A stretch of 64,000 bases of DNA from an uncultured Thermoplasmatales archaeon (GTDB taxonomy: Archaea; Thermoplasmatota; SW-10-69-26). The stretch covers positions 76,014 to 140,013 of the forward strand of contig CAYNEI010000001.1 of the NCBI GenBank assembly GCA_964396185.1, read 5' to 3'. The first letter of the stretch is position 1. Every line of letters begins with the position of its first letter. Below, piece after piece: positions 7,645-16,713 of the stretch. The notes beneath the pieces were generated by a model. It had not been told where the DNA came from. It worked only from the letters and a program-made list of their open reading frames with translations, and searched no databases. The translations under genes were made by a program, and so were the position numbers.

Positions 7645-10173
7645 ATGAGGCGAAGCATCATCGTGTTCGCGAGTTTGACGCTCTTGTTCGTCGGGGTCGG
7701 CCCGGCGTTTGCAAGCCACAACGACGTAGGCGCCCGGTTCGCCGTAGGCAACCCGGACCACGGGCCTGCCGAGGACGCATCCGGCGATGTGGGAGAGGCC
7801 CTTGTGCCCGTCTACCACGTCGGCGGCGCGTTCGCCGGCACCGGAGACGACGGCGAGATCCCACGCCTGGGTCCGGAGGAGCAGAGCGGGCTCGGCCTGG
7901 GCGACTGGATCGGGTTCATCGACGGTGTCATCGAGCACCCAGGACCCGCGTTCAACCAGTGCTTGTCCGCCTCCGGCATCGGGATCTTCGGGATCACGGT
8001 CGGCCTGGGCCAGTGCGGGCTCACCAGCGATCCCCTGTACCGTGTGAGCCCGGCGCCGGACGATACCGAGTGCCGGGATCTCGGCGACAACGCGGACGTC
8101 GGGGACCCCGCCGACCCGGACGACGACGCGTGCTCGGGAGGGAACGATCACTTGATGCCGCTGGACTACTGGCCCGGCGTGGTCGTCCAGAACCACAAGA
8201 TCGACGTGGTCAACGACGAGGACGATGAGGGCAGCGGGTTCTACTACCCCAGCCTCCACGGCATGTACATCTACCTCTTCGGTGAAGGCAGCGGCGTGGC
8301 CGCGGGCGAGGGCAGCTTCAGCCACCTCGACGGCATCTGCGAAGCACCCACCGGCCACTATGCCCCGGGCTCCGACAAGGACTGCAACCTCATCACCCGA
8401 GAGGACCTCGACAAGCACACAAGCCTTGAGGGACAGCGCGCCGCGGTCTGCTCGTTCGGACCGTTCTTCGTGACGCTCTCCGGCGGCTCGGACGACCAAG
8501 CGTGCGCGAACATCAGCGAGTTCAACCAGTTCTTCGATGACTCCCAATCCAGCACGTACGTGGCTAACAAGCCCGGCTGGTACCTCCAGACGGGCTGGAT
8601 CAACCCGTTCGCTGGACTGCTCTCCACCGGCACCGTGCCCATGATGGACGGCAACCGCACGGATGTGGCCGTCGGCGGGCTCTTCCACTACTACGTCAAC
8701 CCCGTACGGCCGGCCAGCAACCTCTGGTGCGCCTTCCCACCCATCGCCACCGATGCTGGGGACGGCATCGACACCAGCGCCAACCTCGTGTTGGATGAGG
8801 ATGGCAACTGGTCGCACTGGGAGCGCGGGGATGCGACCTACCTCGTGGAGGCCCACGAGTTCGACGTCTACTTCGCCAACGAGCAGACCGATGGTGCGGC
8901 AGGGACCGCACTGGACCTTGTCAACGAGGTGCTCGATCAGATCCCGGCCCTCCCACCCGAGGTCCAGGAGGCCATCGATGATGTCGAGGACACGATCGAT
9001 GAGCTCGGCGACGACGCCAACGACGCGACCGGACCCATCTTGGACGCCCTGGATGAGAGCGTCGATCGTGTGGCTGTGAACGTGGGCCAGAGCGAGGAAC
9101 CCAACCGGCCAGGCGACAACTCCTGGAGCCTGTCTGCTGCCAGCCCCGCGACCCGGTGCTCATCCGCCAACGGCCTCACCGAGGGGGAAGGCTTCACCAC
9201 GTTCTACAACCGCAACCAAGCGACCCTGGACAGCCAGGTCGTGGACTCGATCCCAGGCGGCACCCTGGGTGTCAACTTCCCGGGCCTCGGCGGCGACGCG
9301 CTCCATGACTACACATACACCGACGAGGATGGCCTCCCCGGCGGTGCCAGCGAGCAGGGCTTCAACCCCTGGCACGCTGACCAATGGACGTTCGGCGGCT
9401 CCCTGCTCGTGGTCGACGACCTCGACGACGACCAGAACTTCGACGGCTGCCCGCCCGGCGACGACCCGCCAAGCGCGAGCCAAGACCGCTGTGCTGCGCG
9501 CATGCCCTTCGATGTCTACAACCCGGACGCGATCCGGGAGACCGACACCGGTCAGACCATCGGTGATTTCTCCCGGGGCCAGGGCTTCGGTGACCCCACA
9601 GGCCTCTACGCCGTGCTCAAGGTCACGGGCCCCACGATCGTGCTCCCGGCGGACCCCCCCGGCCAGGCCGAGGACGTCGAGGCGTTCGCTGACAACACCC
9701 ACGTCTTCGACGGTGACGGCCAACACTGCGTCCTCTTCACGAGCATCGGCCTGCTCGATCTGGGTGATCTCGGTCAGGGCGAGCGGTTCCGCACGCTGAT
9801 CGGGCTCGAGGACGACACCGCCGACCGGGCCACCGTACGCGACCACCTATGCGGTGACGTCACCGGCAGCACGCTGCTCATCGACGACGGCTTCGACGAC
9901 GCACCCGGCGCTGGCGGCTACAGCCTCGACTTCGACTGGATCCCTCTAGAACCGAAACCCGAGGCCCTCGAAGACGACGACGATGGCCTCAGCGTGCACT
10001 ACCTCGTCACCGTCGGCCCCGACGGCGATGACAAGACGCGCTCCAACCTCGCGCTGGGCAGCCACACCGGCGACGATGCGACCGTGGCCAAGGTCTGGGC
10101 CAACGATGACGTGACCTACGATTGGGTGGACGTCGAGCTCTTCGACAGCGAGCCAGGGGAGCCCGAGGACTGA
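7645..10173 (+). CDS. Secreted acidic protein, tandem-paralog family, copy 4 (842 aa)
   Basis: GGAGGT lies 5 nt upstream of ATG. Signal peptide is MRRSIIVFASLTLLFVGVGPAFA|SHNDVG. There are long runs identical to copy 2, e.g. VNVGQSEEPNRPGDNSWSLSAASPAT and LLVVDDLDDDQNFDGCPPGDDPPS. Confidence 0.9.
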   Translation: MRRSIIVFASLTLLFVGVGPAFASHNDVGARFAVGNPDHGPAEDASGDVGEALVPVYHVGGAFAGTGDDGEIPRLGPEEQSGLGLGDWIGFIDGVIEHPGPAFNQCLSASGIGIFGITVGLGQCGLTSDPLYRVSPAPDDTECRDLGDNADVGDPADPDDDACSGGNDHLMPLDYWPGVVVQNHKIDVVNDEDDEGSGFYYPSLHGMYIYLFGEGSGVAAGEGSFSHLDGICEAPTGHYAPGSDKDCNLITREDLDKHTSLEGQRAAVCSFGPFFVTLSGGSDDQACANISEFNQFFDDSQSSTYVANKPGWYLQTGWINPFAGLLSTGTVPMMDGNRTDVAVGGLFHYYVNPVRPASNLWCAFPPIATDAGDGIDTSANLVLDEDGNWSHWERGDATYLVEAHEFDVYFANEQTDGAAGTALDLVNEVLDQIPALPPEVQEAIDDVEDTIDELGDDANDATGPILDALDESVDRVAVNVGQSEEPNRPGDNSWSLSAASPATRCSSANGLTEGEGFTTFYNRNQATLDSQVVDSIPGGTLGVNFPGLGGDALHDYTYTDEDGLPGGASEQGFNPWHADQWTFGGSLLVVDDLDDDQNFDGCPPGDDPPSASQDRCAARMPFDVYNPDAIRETDTGQTIGDFSRGQGFGDPTGLYAVLKVTGPTIVLPADPPGQAEDVEAFADNTHVFDGDGQHCVLFTSIGLLDLGDLGQGERFRTLIGLEDDTADRATVRDHLCGDVTGSTLLIDDGFDDAPGAGGYSLDFDWIPLEPKPEALEDDDDGLSVHYLVTVGPDGDDKTRSNLALGSHTGDDATVAKVWANDDVTYDWVDVELFDSEPGEPED

Positions 10174-10190
10174 GCCGGCTCGCTGAACCC

Positions 10191-10240
10191 TTGGCCCGCG
10201 CGAGGTGCGCGCGGGCCAAAGTTCTCTCTTTTGTTCTCTC
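10191..10240 (+). terminator. Hairpin plus T-rich tract downstream of copy 4
   Basis: ttggcccgcgcg (10191-10202) pairs perfectly with cgcgcgggccaa (10208-10219), then gttctctcttttgttctctc. Confidence 0.55.
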
Positions 10241-10273
10241 AACCACGGCAGCGGTCGCTCTCGACCAACGTCT

Positions 10274-10314
10274 AGCACGCCGACGGCGCGCTTTATCGCG
10301 GCCGCAGGCCGCGA
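10274..10314. repeat. Left 41-bp direct repeat flanking the AbiEi-like cassette
   Basis: agcacgccgaCggcgcgcttTatcgcggccgcaggccgcga versus 11142-11182 agcacgccgaAggcgcgcttGatcgcggccgcaggccgcga, with 2 mismatches in 41 nt. Contains the palindrome (a)tcgcggcc-gca-ggccgcga(t). Confidence 0.9.
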
Positions 10315-10338
10315 TCGCTGGCTCCGTAAGCGAAATCC

Positions 10339-10350
10339 TATATCATTAAA
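10339..10350 (+). promoter_or_regulatory. AT-rich TATA-like element (tatatcattaaa) upstream of the AbiEi-like gene
   Basis: The only AT-rich patch here. It lies 10-21 nt before GTG 10360 and 25-36 nt before ATG 10375. The spacing fits a leaderless transcript starting at or near 10375. Confidence 0.4.
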
Positions 10351-10359
10351 GGACATATT

Positions 10360-11010
10360 GTGTCCCCTACTGATATGACTTCAAGCGCCGTGGCCTGGGA
10401 GTCGCTCTTCCGGGCGGACAAGACCGTGGTCACCAGTGAGGAGGTTCATCGAGCAGCCGAAAGGCTCGGCAAGGACCCCGCGCACACGGTCCGGCACCTG
10501 CGCCGGGAGGGCTATCTGCTGCCTCTGTTCAAGGGCTACTACTACGTTCGAAGCCCCGAGGAGGTTACGCTCGGAACCGCGCGCTACAACCCGCTCGAGC
10601 TCTTCGCGCTCGCCGCCGAGGCGAAAGGGATCGGTGCCTGGTACTTCGGCCTCCACACGGCGCTCTCGCTGAACGGGTTGACGCACGAGGACCGGCGCGA
10701 GGAGACCGTCATCTCCGATCACCTCTACCGGATCAACGGCGTGAAGGTCGGCGCGAAACGGTTCGTTATCCACAAATGGAGCGAGGATCTCCTCGGGTTC
10801 GGGGTGACCGAGCGTGGCCTGGTCCGGTTCAGTGATCCTGAGAAGACGGTGCTAGACTTCGCCTACTGGGACCACTGGCGCACACGCAAGAGCCACGCGC
10901 CCACGTGCGTCTGGCTCGACCATATCGACGGCGTCGACGCCGAGCTCCTCCGGGAGTACCTCGAACACTACCCCAACATGGTTCGAGAGATGGTGGAGGG
11001 GCGCGTGTGA
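10360..11010 (+). CDS. abiEi: AbiEi-like (type IV TA / abortive-infection antitoxin family) putative transcriptional regulator; alternative start ATG 10375
   Basis: The N-terminal wHTH-like segment VVTSEEVHRAAERLGKDPAHTVRHLRREGYLLPLFKGYYYVRSP matches the AbiEi pattern (..L.R.G.L.rl.rG.Y..), with a C-terminal domain of appropriate size. Composition is much less acidic than the neighbours. A GTGA overlap joins it to a downstream ORF fragment. Confidence 0.6.
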   Translation: MSPTDMTSSAVAWESLFRADKTVVTSEEVHRAAERLGKDPAHTVRHLRREGYLLPLFKGYYYVRSPEEVTLGTARYNPLELFALAAEAKGIGAWYFGLHTALSLNGLTHEDRREETVISDHLYRINGVKVGAKRFVIHKWSEDLLGFGVTERGLVRFSDPEKTVLDFAYWDHWRTRKSHAPTCVWLDHIDGVDAELLREYLEHYPNMVREMVEGRV

Positions 11011-11108
11011 AGAACCACGAGCCCATCGATGAGGTCGCCTTCGAGGAGCACCGGCAGCATGTCGTAGAAGTGCTGGCAGGTGTGGCGGATCGGCTAGGTG
11101 AGACATAG
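11007..11108 (+). pseudogene. 33-codon remnant, possibly the N-terminus of an AbiEii-type nucleotidyltransferase toxin
   Basis: GTG at 11007 overlaps the upstream stop (GTGTGA), which is typical TA coupling. VKNHEPIDEVAFEEHRQHVVEVLAGVADRLGET then hits TAG, and the sequence continues directly into a collapsed copy of the paralog 3' module (cccttggcc..gcgc..cctttg). Similarity to AbiEii N-termini is judged by eye only. Confidence 0.3.
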
Positions 11109-11319
11109 CCCCGGCCCTTGGCCGCGCTATCCCGTCCTTTGAGCACGCCGAAGGCGCGCTTGATCGCGGCCGCAGGCCGCGAGCCCTTGGCCGAGCGCGG
11201 TTCTCACGCCAGGTCAGTCACCGCGCTCACCAGGGGAAGACTTTTGTCCCCTCCCGGCCATCGCTGGCTCGCGGAGGCCGGAGTGGGAGTTCTGGCACTC
11301 CGTATCGGAGGTAGGCCAG
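11108..11319 (+). repeat. Inter-paralog module, copy D', collapsed 5' part plus 3' half leading into copy 5
   Basis: ccccggcccttggccgcgctatcccgtcctttg looks like a deleted version of the terminator hairpin/T tract. The second copy of the 41-bp repeat follows, then gcgagcccttggccgagcgcgg (compare gcgaacccctcgttgagcgcgc in copy C) and GGAGGT before ATG 11320. Confidence 0.55.
11142..11182. repeat. Right 41-bp direct repeat flanking the AbiEi-like cassette
   Basis: See 10274-10314. The palindrome tcgcggcc-gca-ggccgcga is at 11164-11182. Confidence 0.9.
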
Positions 11320-13773
11320 ATGAGGCACACGCACATCGTACTGATCGCGCTAGCGCTGATGTTAACCACCCTTGGACCAGCGTTGGCTACGCACAACAAC
11401 GCCGGCATGCGGATGGCTATTGGGAACCCGGATCCCACGCCAGACGCCGAGCCGAACACGCCAGACGACATGCTACCGATCTACCATCTGAGCGAGGTCC
11501 TGGATGAGGACATCTCGCCGGACATCTCGTTCTGGGGCGACTACCCCCGGGTCAACCCGCCCGAGCAGAGCGGGCTCGGCCTCGGTGGGGAGGACGGATG
11601 GATCGGCTACATCAATGGCATGGTGGAGTACGTGGGCGCGGCGTTCTCCCGCTGCCTCGGCTTCGAGTCGACGGCCTGCGAGAACGATCCAGACCCGCTC
11701 TACCGGGTCAACCCGGCAGCCGACGACGACGACTGCCAAGGCCCGGAGGACAACTTGGACCGCGGCGAGGACGACACAGACCCAAGCGACGATCCCTGTA
11801 GCGGCGAGGGCCATACCCAGCGAGTCGACGCCTGGCCCGCCGTACGCATCCAGGGCGAGAAGGCCAACCAGCCCCTGGACCAGGGCCGGCCTGGAAGCGG
11901 CTTCCTCTTCCCAGGCACGTACTCGTTCTACCTCTACCTCTTCGGTGAGGGCAGCGGGCTGGCAGCCGGCGAGGGTGTCTTCGACTACCTGCCCACGAAC
12001 CTCTGCGAGGTCTCTGGCGGGCTCGGCGGCGCCTACGCGGACGGCTCCGACAAGGCCTGCGACATGATCCTGCCCGAGGACATCGCCACGGATGACCGCA
12101 CGGACCTGGAGAGCCCAACTGGCTCCGAGCAGCGCACGGCCATCTGTATGTTCGCGCCCCGCTTCGGGACCCTGTCTGGGGCCAGTGATGTGGGTGCTTG
12201 CGGGAACATCATGGAGTTCAACCAGTTCTTCAGCGACACGGACTCCTCGTTCTACCTGGCCAACAAACCAGGCTGGTACATCCAGAGCGGGTTCATCGAC
12301 CCGGACGCCTCGCTGCTTCCGGTGACCACGTTCTTCACGAAGGGCGGGGTCAGGGACGACATCGCCCAGGTGTTCAGCTTCTACGTGAACCCCGTGCGGC
12401 CGGCCAAGACGGCCATCTGCGCCAACCCGCCCATCGCGACCAACGCGCCGGACGAGCTGGACACGGGCATCGAGCTGGTCGATGAGAACGACCCGGAAGG
12501 TGCATGGGTCCAGACCGAGGACTTCCACTACCTGGTCGAGGCCCACGAGGTGGACATCTACACCGGCCAGCCCACGCCGATCATCGGTGGCGAGGATGTG
12601 GAGACAGACCGGGCTGATCCCTTGATCGACCAGGTCAACAACTTCCTCGACAACCCGCCCCTTCCACCGGAGGTCCTGCCCATCGTGGACGCTGTCCAGT
12701 CGGCCGCCGATCGCGCCGACCCGACGGTCGGTACCGACGCAGAGCCCAACGCGGCCGATGACGACACGCTTGAGCTCGCCGTGGCCACGGAGACGGGTCC
12801 ATGCCCGCCCACGGGTCTCTCGCGCGATGCCGGTGGCGAGGAGGTGTTCTTCTACAACTACATCCAGTCCAGCATCTTCAGCGCTGGCACGGGTGTGACC
12901 CTCCACGACTACACGTACACCGACGAGCAAGGCCTGCCCGCCGAGTCCGACGACCAGAGCTACAACCCCTGGCACCCGGACACCCACAGCTTCTCTGGGA
13001 GCCTCTTCGGCTTCCTCGATCTGAACGACAACGAGGCCTTCGACGGGTGCCCGCCCGGTGCCGACCCGCCCACCGCGGGCTCACCGGATCTGTGCACAGC
13101 GCTGTTGCCATGGGACATCTACAACGAGGATGCCGTGCGCGACAGCGAGCAGACCATGGGTGAATGGGCGCGCGAGCGCGGGTTCACCGACCCCACGGGC
13201 ATGTACTTCGTGCTCGACCTCACCGGCCCCGCGGTCGTGACCGCCGAGAACGTGCCGACGAACACGGAGCAGGCTGGCGAGTCCCAGGACCGGCTCCGCA
13301 TCACGGTTGGCGAGGGCCAGCACTGCTTCGTGGGCACCAGCAAAGGCCTGCTCGACAACGACTTCGGGCAGGGCGACCGGTTCGCCGAGATCATCGGTGC
13401 GGCTGGGCTCTCGGACAACGAGATCACCGACGCGCTGTGCCCGGACGCCACCGGCGAGCCGCACGTCATCAAGGACGCCTTCGATGACGGCAGCGGCGCT
13501 GGCGGCTTCAGCGCGGACGTCGAGTGGACCAAGACCTCGTCCAGCGCGGCCGGCTTCGACCAGACCGAGGGCGACAGCCTGGAGGTCACCGCGGTGCTCA
13601 CCGTGGGCCCAGGCGTGGACGAGATCACCGCCGACTCCCTGAAGCTCGGCTCGCTCGACCACGACGAGAACACGCCCACCGTCGAGAAGGTCTGGGGCAG
13701 CGGTGACACCCGTGCTGTCACCTACGTCTGGACCGACAGCGATCCGTTCAACTCGGATCCCTCGGCGCAGTAG
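11320..13773 (+). CDS. Secreted acidic protein, tandem-paralog family, copy 5 (817 aa)
   Basis: GGAGGT lies 7 nt upstream of ATG. Signal peptide is MRHTHIVLIALALMLTTLGPALA|THNNAG. The family motifs are retained (YLYLFGEGSG, IMEFNQFF, ANKPGWY, YVNPVRPA, EAHEVDIY, NPWHPD, PDLCTALLPWDIYN). Its C-terminus is of the copy-1 type (WTDSDPFNSDPSAQ). Confidence 0.9.
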   Translation: MRHTHIVLIALALMLTTLGPALATHNNAGMRMAIGNPDPTPDAEPNTPDDMLPIYHLSEVLDEDISPDISFWGDYPRVNPPEQSGLGLGGEDGWIGYINGMVEYVGAAFSRCLGFESTACENDPDPLYRVNPAADDDDCQGPEDNLDRGEDDTDPSDDPCSGEGHTQRVDAWPAVRIQGEKANQPLDQGRPGSGFLFPGTYSFYLYLFGEGSGLAAGEGVFDYLPTNLCEVSGGLGGAYADGSDKACDMILPEDIATDDRTDLESPTGSEQRTAICMFAPRFGTLSGASDVGACGNIMEFNQFFSDTDSSFYLANKPGWYIQSGFIDPDASLLPVTTFFTKGGVRDDIAQVFSFYVNPVRPAKTAICANPPIATNAPDELDTGIELVDENDPEGAWVQTEDFHYLVEAHEVDIYTGQPTPIIGGEDVETDRADPLIDQVNNFLDNPPLPPEVLPIVDAVQSAADRADPTVGTDAEPNAADDDTLELAVATETGPCPPTGLSRDAGGEEVFFYNYIQSSIFSAGTGVTLHDYTYTDEQGLPAESDDQSYNPWHPDTHSFSGSLFGFLDLNDNEAFDGCPPGADPPTAGSPDLCTALLPWDIYNEDAVRDSEQTMGEWARERGFTDPTGMYFVLDLTGPAVVTAENVPTNTEQAGESQDRLRITVGEGQHCFVGTSKGLLDNDFGQGDRFAEIIGAAGLSDNEITDALCPDATGEPHVIKDAFDDGSGAGGFSADVEWTKTSSSAAGFDQTEGDSLEVTAVLTVGPGVDEITADSLKLGSLDHDENTPTVEKVWGSGDTRAVTYVWTDSDPFNSDPSAQ

Positions 13774-13788
13774 CTGCGGCACACCTTC

Positions 13789-13830
13789 GGTGGGGGCCTG
13801 TGGCCCCCACCGATGCTCTTCTCTTATTCT
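13789..13830 (+). terminator. Hairpin plus T-rich tract downstream of copy 5
   Basis: ggtgggggcc (13789-13798) pairs perfectly with ggcccccacc (13802-13811), loop tgt, then gatgctcttctcttattct. Confidence 0.6.
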
Positions 13831-14074
13831 ACCGAGGACTGGGCAGTGCTGGCTCTCCCCAGCCGACCTCCGCGCGCCTCCGGCGCGCCAGCGCGACGAA
13901 GTCTCGCTCCGCTGCACGTTAGACATATCAACCACGTGAGTGAACGCTCTTACCGTGGGGACGACTCGGTGAGCTTGGCGCCCGTTGCCGTGGCCGAAAC
14001 GATGAAGTACGCCACGGTTTTAGGGCCGCCGAAACCTTTGGGCCGGCGCACTGTGCCCGGTCCTGGGAGGCCCC

Positions 14075-16504
14075 ATGACCCGGAGACGAGCTCACACCGA
14101 CACCGCGGCCAAGCCTGCCTGGACGATCGTGCTGCTCGTGGTTGCGCTGCTGGCCACGCCTTTGCTGGCAAGCGTGAGCGCCACCCACCACGCCGTAGGC
14201 GCGCGCGTGGCCGTCGGCAACCCGGACCCTGGCCCCAGCGATGAGCCGGATGTGCCGCCTGGGCTGACCCCCGTGTACCACGCGGATGGCGACGCGGATC
14301 TGCTCGCGCTCCGCGGGGATCAACCGCGCAGCTCGCCCTTGGACCAGTCCGGGGCCGGGCTCGGGGCGTGGATCGGCTTCCTGGATGCGGTGCTCGAGCA
14401 GACCGGCCAGGCCTCAAGCACGTGTCTGGCTGTCATCCAGGGGATCTGCAACCGGCCCGATGATCCGCTCTACCGCGCTGATCCCGCCGATGGGGATCCT
14501 CGCTGTGAGACCATCGAGCAGCGCCTGGACCCGGAGGAGTGCACCGGGGACAGGCACACGTTCTTCGTGGATGTCTGGCCGGGTGTGCGCGTCCAGCCTC
14601 ATCGCAGCGACCCTGTGGGGGGCGAGGCCTCGGGCTTCCTGTACCCAGGCAGCTACAGCCTCTACGTGTACCTCTTCGGCGAGGGCTCAAGCGTGCTTTC
14701 TCCCGGCCAGGGTCCGTTCTCGCACCTTGAGTCCGAGCTGTGCGAGCAAGCCACCGGGCTGGAGACCTGCCAGCTGATCACGCCTGGTGATCTGCGCTCG
14801 CATGCCTCCAAGAGCTCAGCGCTGGGCTCGCCCCAGCAGGCCGGCATCTGCTTCTACGCCCCAGCCCTGCACCCGCTCAGCCAGATCACGACCACCAGCG
14901 GCTGTCCGATCAACGGGGATGTGAGCCTCTTCCTCGGGGAGACGGGCTCGAGCCTCTACATCGACAACCAGCCCGGCTGGTACGCCCGCCCAGCACTCAT
15001 CGAGCCCACGGGTTCGCTGCAGCCCAGCGAAGCCCGCAGCACCCTGGATGGCGTGCGCTCGGACATCTCGCGCGTGATCCATACCTACGTCAACCCGGTC
15101 ACCCCCCACCCATCCAACTGGTGCCTGGCACCGCCCATCGCCACGACGGCGGACGACGAGATCGCCACCGGGCCCACGGACTCCTTCATCGTCGAGGGCC
15201 ACGACCTGGACGTCTACCTGGCCGTGGCACCTGATGCCCAGGACCCCGTCGAGACCGTGGCCGGCCAGGCCGAGGCCCTGGTGAGCCAGCTTACAGACCT
15301 CCTGCCACCAGAGCTTGAGCAAGCCGTGGACGAAGTCGAGCAGGCCAGTGGGGACGTGAGCGCGGCAACCCAGGCCGCCCTGGAGCGCTTCGGGCCCTTC
15401 CAGCCGGCCAGCGCGGAACCGAACACGCCCGATCCCCGTGAGGACACGCTGCGCTTGATCGCCGAGCAGGACGCTCAGCGCTGCGATCCCGCCCTCGGGC
15501 TCTCACCTGATGGCGTCTCGCGAACGGCCTACAACTTGGTGGATGCCCGTATCGCTCAGCGCGCGGCTGTGGGCGTCGTGACCTTCGCGGAGGTGCACAC
15601 CCCGACACCTCAGGCCAGCTCCGAGCTGGGCCTCTCAGCCAGCGGGCCCGAACACCTGCCTGGGGAGCAGCCCCTCAAGGATCCTACGGTGCTGGATGAG
15701 GATGGCCTGCCGGCGCGTTCCAGCCAGACCGAGGGTGGTGCTTGGTACCCGAGCAGCTGGACGTTCGAGGGCGATCTCAACGTGTTCCTCGACACCGACG
15801 AGAACGGCGCCTTCGCCGGATGCCCGGCCAACGGCCAGGCGCCTAGCCCTGAGGCACCGGATATCTGCGCCGCCCAGCTCATCTGGGATGCCTACAACCC
15901 GCGGGCCTGCCTGGACCCCTCCTGCCTGGTCACCCTGGGGGATGCGGCCCAAGACCGTGGCTACACGGACCCGCTCGGTCTCGTGGCAACTGTTCGCACC
16001 CTTGGACCCACCATGGTCCAGCACCAGCACTCGCTGGAGACCTGGGTGCTCGGCGAGGAGGATCCTGCCAGCGAGGTCTGCATCGTGGGCACCAGCGAGG
16101 GCCTGCTCGCGCCTGGTACGCTCCAGCACGAGCGCATGCTGGCCCTCAACGGGCTGGGCTCGACCGCCACGGACGACGCGTTCCTGGAGGCTGCTTGCCC
16201 GGGGGCCGACGACGCGCTGCTCGTGCGGGATGCCTTCGGTACCCAAGGCCGGCTCGGCGAGTTCGGGGCGCTGTTCACGTGGACCCAGCTCTCCGCTGAG
16301 CCTGCAGCCACCAGCCAAGAGGGCGTGGGCGAGCTGGTGCTGGAAGCGGTCATCACGACCGCGCGCGTCACCGACGACACCGCCAGCAACCTGCGCCTAG
16401 GAGCGGATGGGACCACCACCACCCTGGCCGAGACATGGGGCAACGGGGATCGGACCTACATCTGGGCCGACGTGGATCCCTTCGTGTCGAGCCAGAGCAG
16501 CTAG
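14075..16504 (+). CDS. Secreted acidic protein, tandem-paralog family, copy 6 (809 aa, most divergent)
   Basis: GGGAGG lies 4 nt upstream of ATG. Signal-like N-terminus is MTRRRAHTDTAAKPAWTIVLLVVALLATPLLASVSA|THHAVG. Motifs are recognisable but diverged: DPLYRADP, YVYLFGEGSS, DNQPGWY, YVNPVTP, EGHDLDVY, AEPNTPD, PDICAAQLIWDAYNP, WADVDPF. Confidence 0.85.
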   Translation: MTRRRAHTDTAAKPAWTIVLLVVALLATPLLASVSATHHAVGARVAVGNPDPGPSDEPDVPPGLTPVYHADGDADLLALRGDQPRSSPLDQSGAGLGAWIGFLDAVLEQTGQASSTCLAVIQGICNRPDDPLYRADPADGDPRCETIEQRLDPEECTGDRHTFFVDVWPGVRVQPHRSDPVGGEASGFLYPGSYSLYVYLFGEGSSVLSPGQGPFSHLESELCEQATGLETCQLITPGDLRSHASKSSALGSPQQAGICFYAPALHPLSQITTTSGCPINGDVSLFLGETGSSLYIDNQPGWYARPALIEPTGSLQPSEARSTLDGVRSDISRVIHTYVNPVTPHPSNWCLAPPIATTADDEIATGPTDSFIVEGHDLDVYLAVAPDAQDPVETVAGQAEALVSQLTDLLPPELEQAVDEVEQASGDVSAATQAALERFGPFQPASAEPNTPDPREDTLRLIAEQDAQRCDPALGLSPDGVSRTAYNLVDARIAQRAAVGVVTFAEVHTPTPQASSELGLSASGPEHLPGEQPLKDPTVLDEDGLPARSSQTEGGAWYPSSWTFEGDLNVFLDTDENGAFAGCPANGQAPSPEAPDICAAQLIWDAYNPRACLDPSCLVTLGDAAQDRGYTDPLGLVATVRTLGPTMVQHQHSLETWVLGEEDPASEVCIVGTSEGLLAPGTLQHERMLALNGLGSTATDDAFLEAACPGADDALLVRDAFGTQGRLGEFGALFTWTQLSAEPAATSQEGVGELVLEAVITTARVTDDTASNLRLGADGTTTTLAETWGNGDRTYIWADVDPFVSSQSS

Positions 16505-16713
16505 GTGAAGGTCCAGCCATCCCGGTCGCGATGGCCCCCCGGCTGACAGGCCGCGCAACGAGGCAGTGGTTCCCGGGCCGTCAGGCCACGGGCTGACTCG
16601 GCTGGTCCGGTTAGCGCTGATGACCGACACAGGGGCCACAGAGTAGCACAGAGAACACAGAACGGAGGCGACCCTGCCGGTCGGCCTGGCGGGCGCCCCC
16701 GTGAGCGGGACGG

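Larger units (their letters stand above)
10174..10314 (+). repeat. Inter-paralog module, copy D, 5' half only (interrupted after the ggccgcga palindrome)
   Basis: Colinear with 7332-7475: hairpin, gttctctcttttgttctctc, cagcggtcgctctcgaccaac, tagcacgccgacggcgcgctttatcgcggccgcaggccgcga. Similarity stops at 10315. Confidence 0.75.

Noticed and set aside
7316-10356. Apparently conserved small minus-strand peptides in the inter-paralog modules (e.g. ..GRERPLPCLREEKKRDLGPRAP.. at 7316-7519 and ..GRERPLPWLREQKRELWPART.. at 9946-10356).
   Set aside because: The similarity simply reflects nucleotide conservation of the duplicated spacer. The frames are broken or different in modules A and B, and they overlap terminator hairpins.
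16637-16662. CACAGA x3 (cacagagtag cacagagaa cacagaacg) in the convergent spacer between paralog copy 6 and the PKD gene.
   Set aside because: It is too short and degenerate to call. It is probably just the A-rich 3' end region between two convergent genes.
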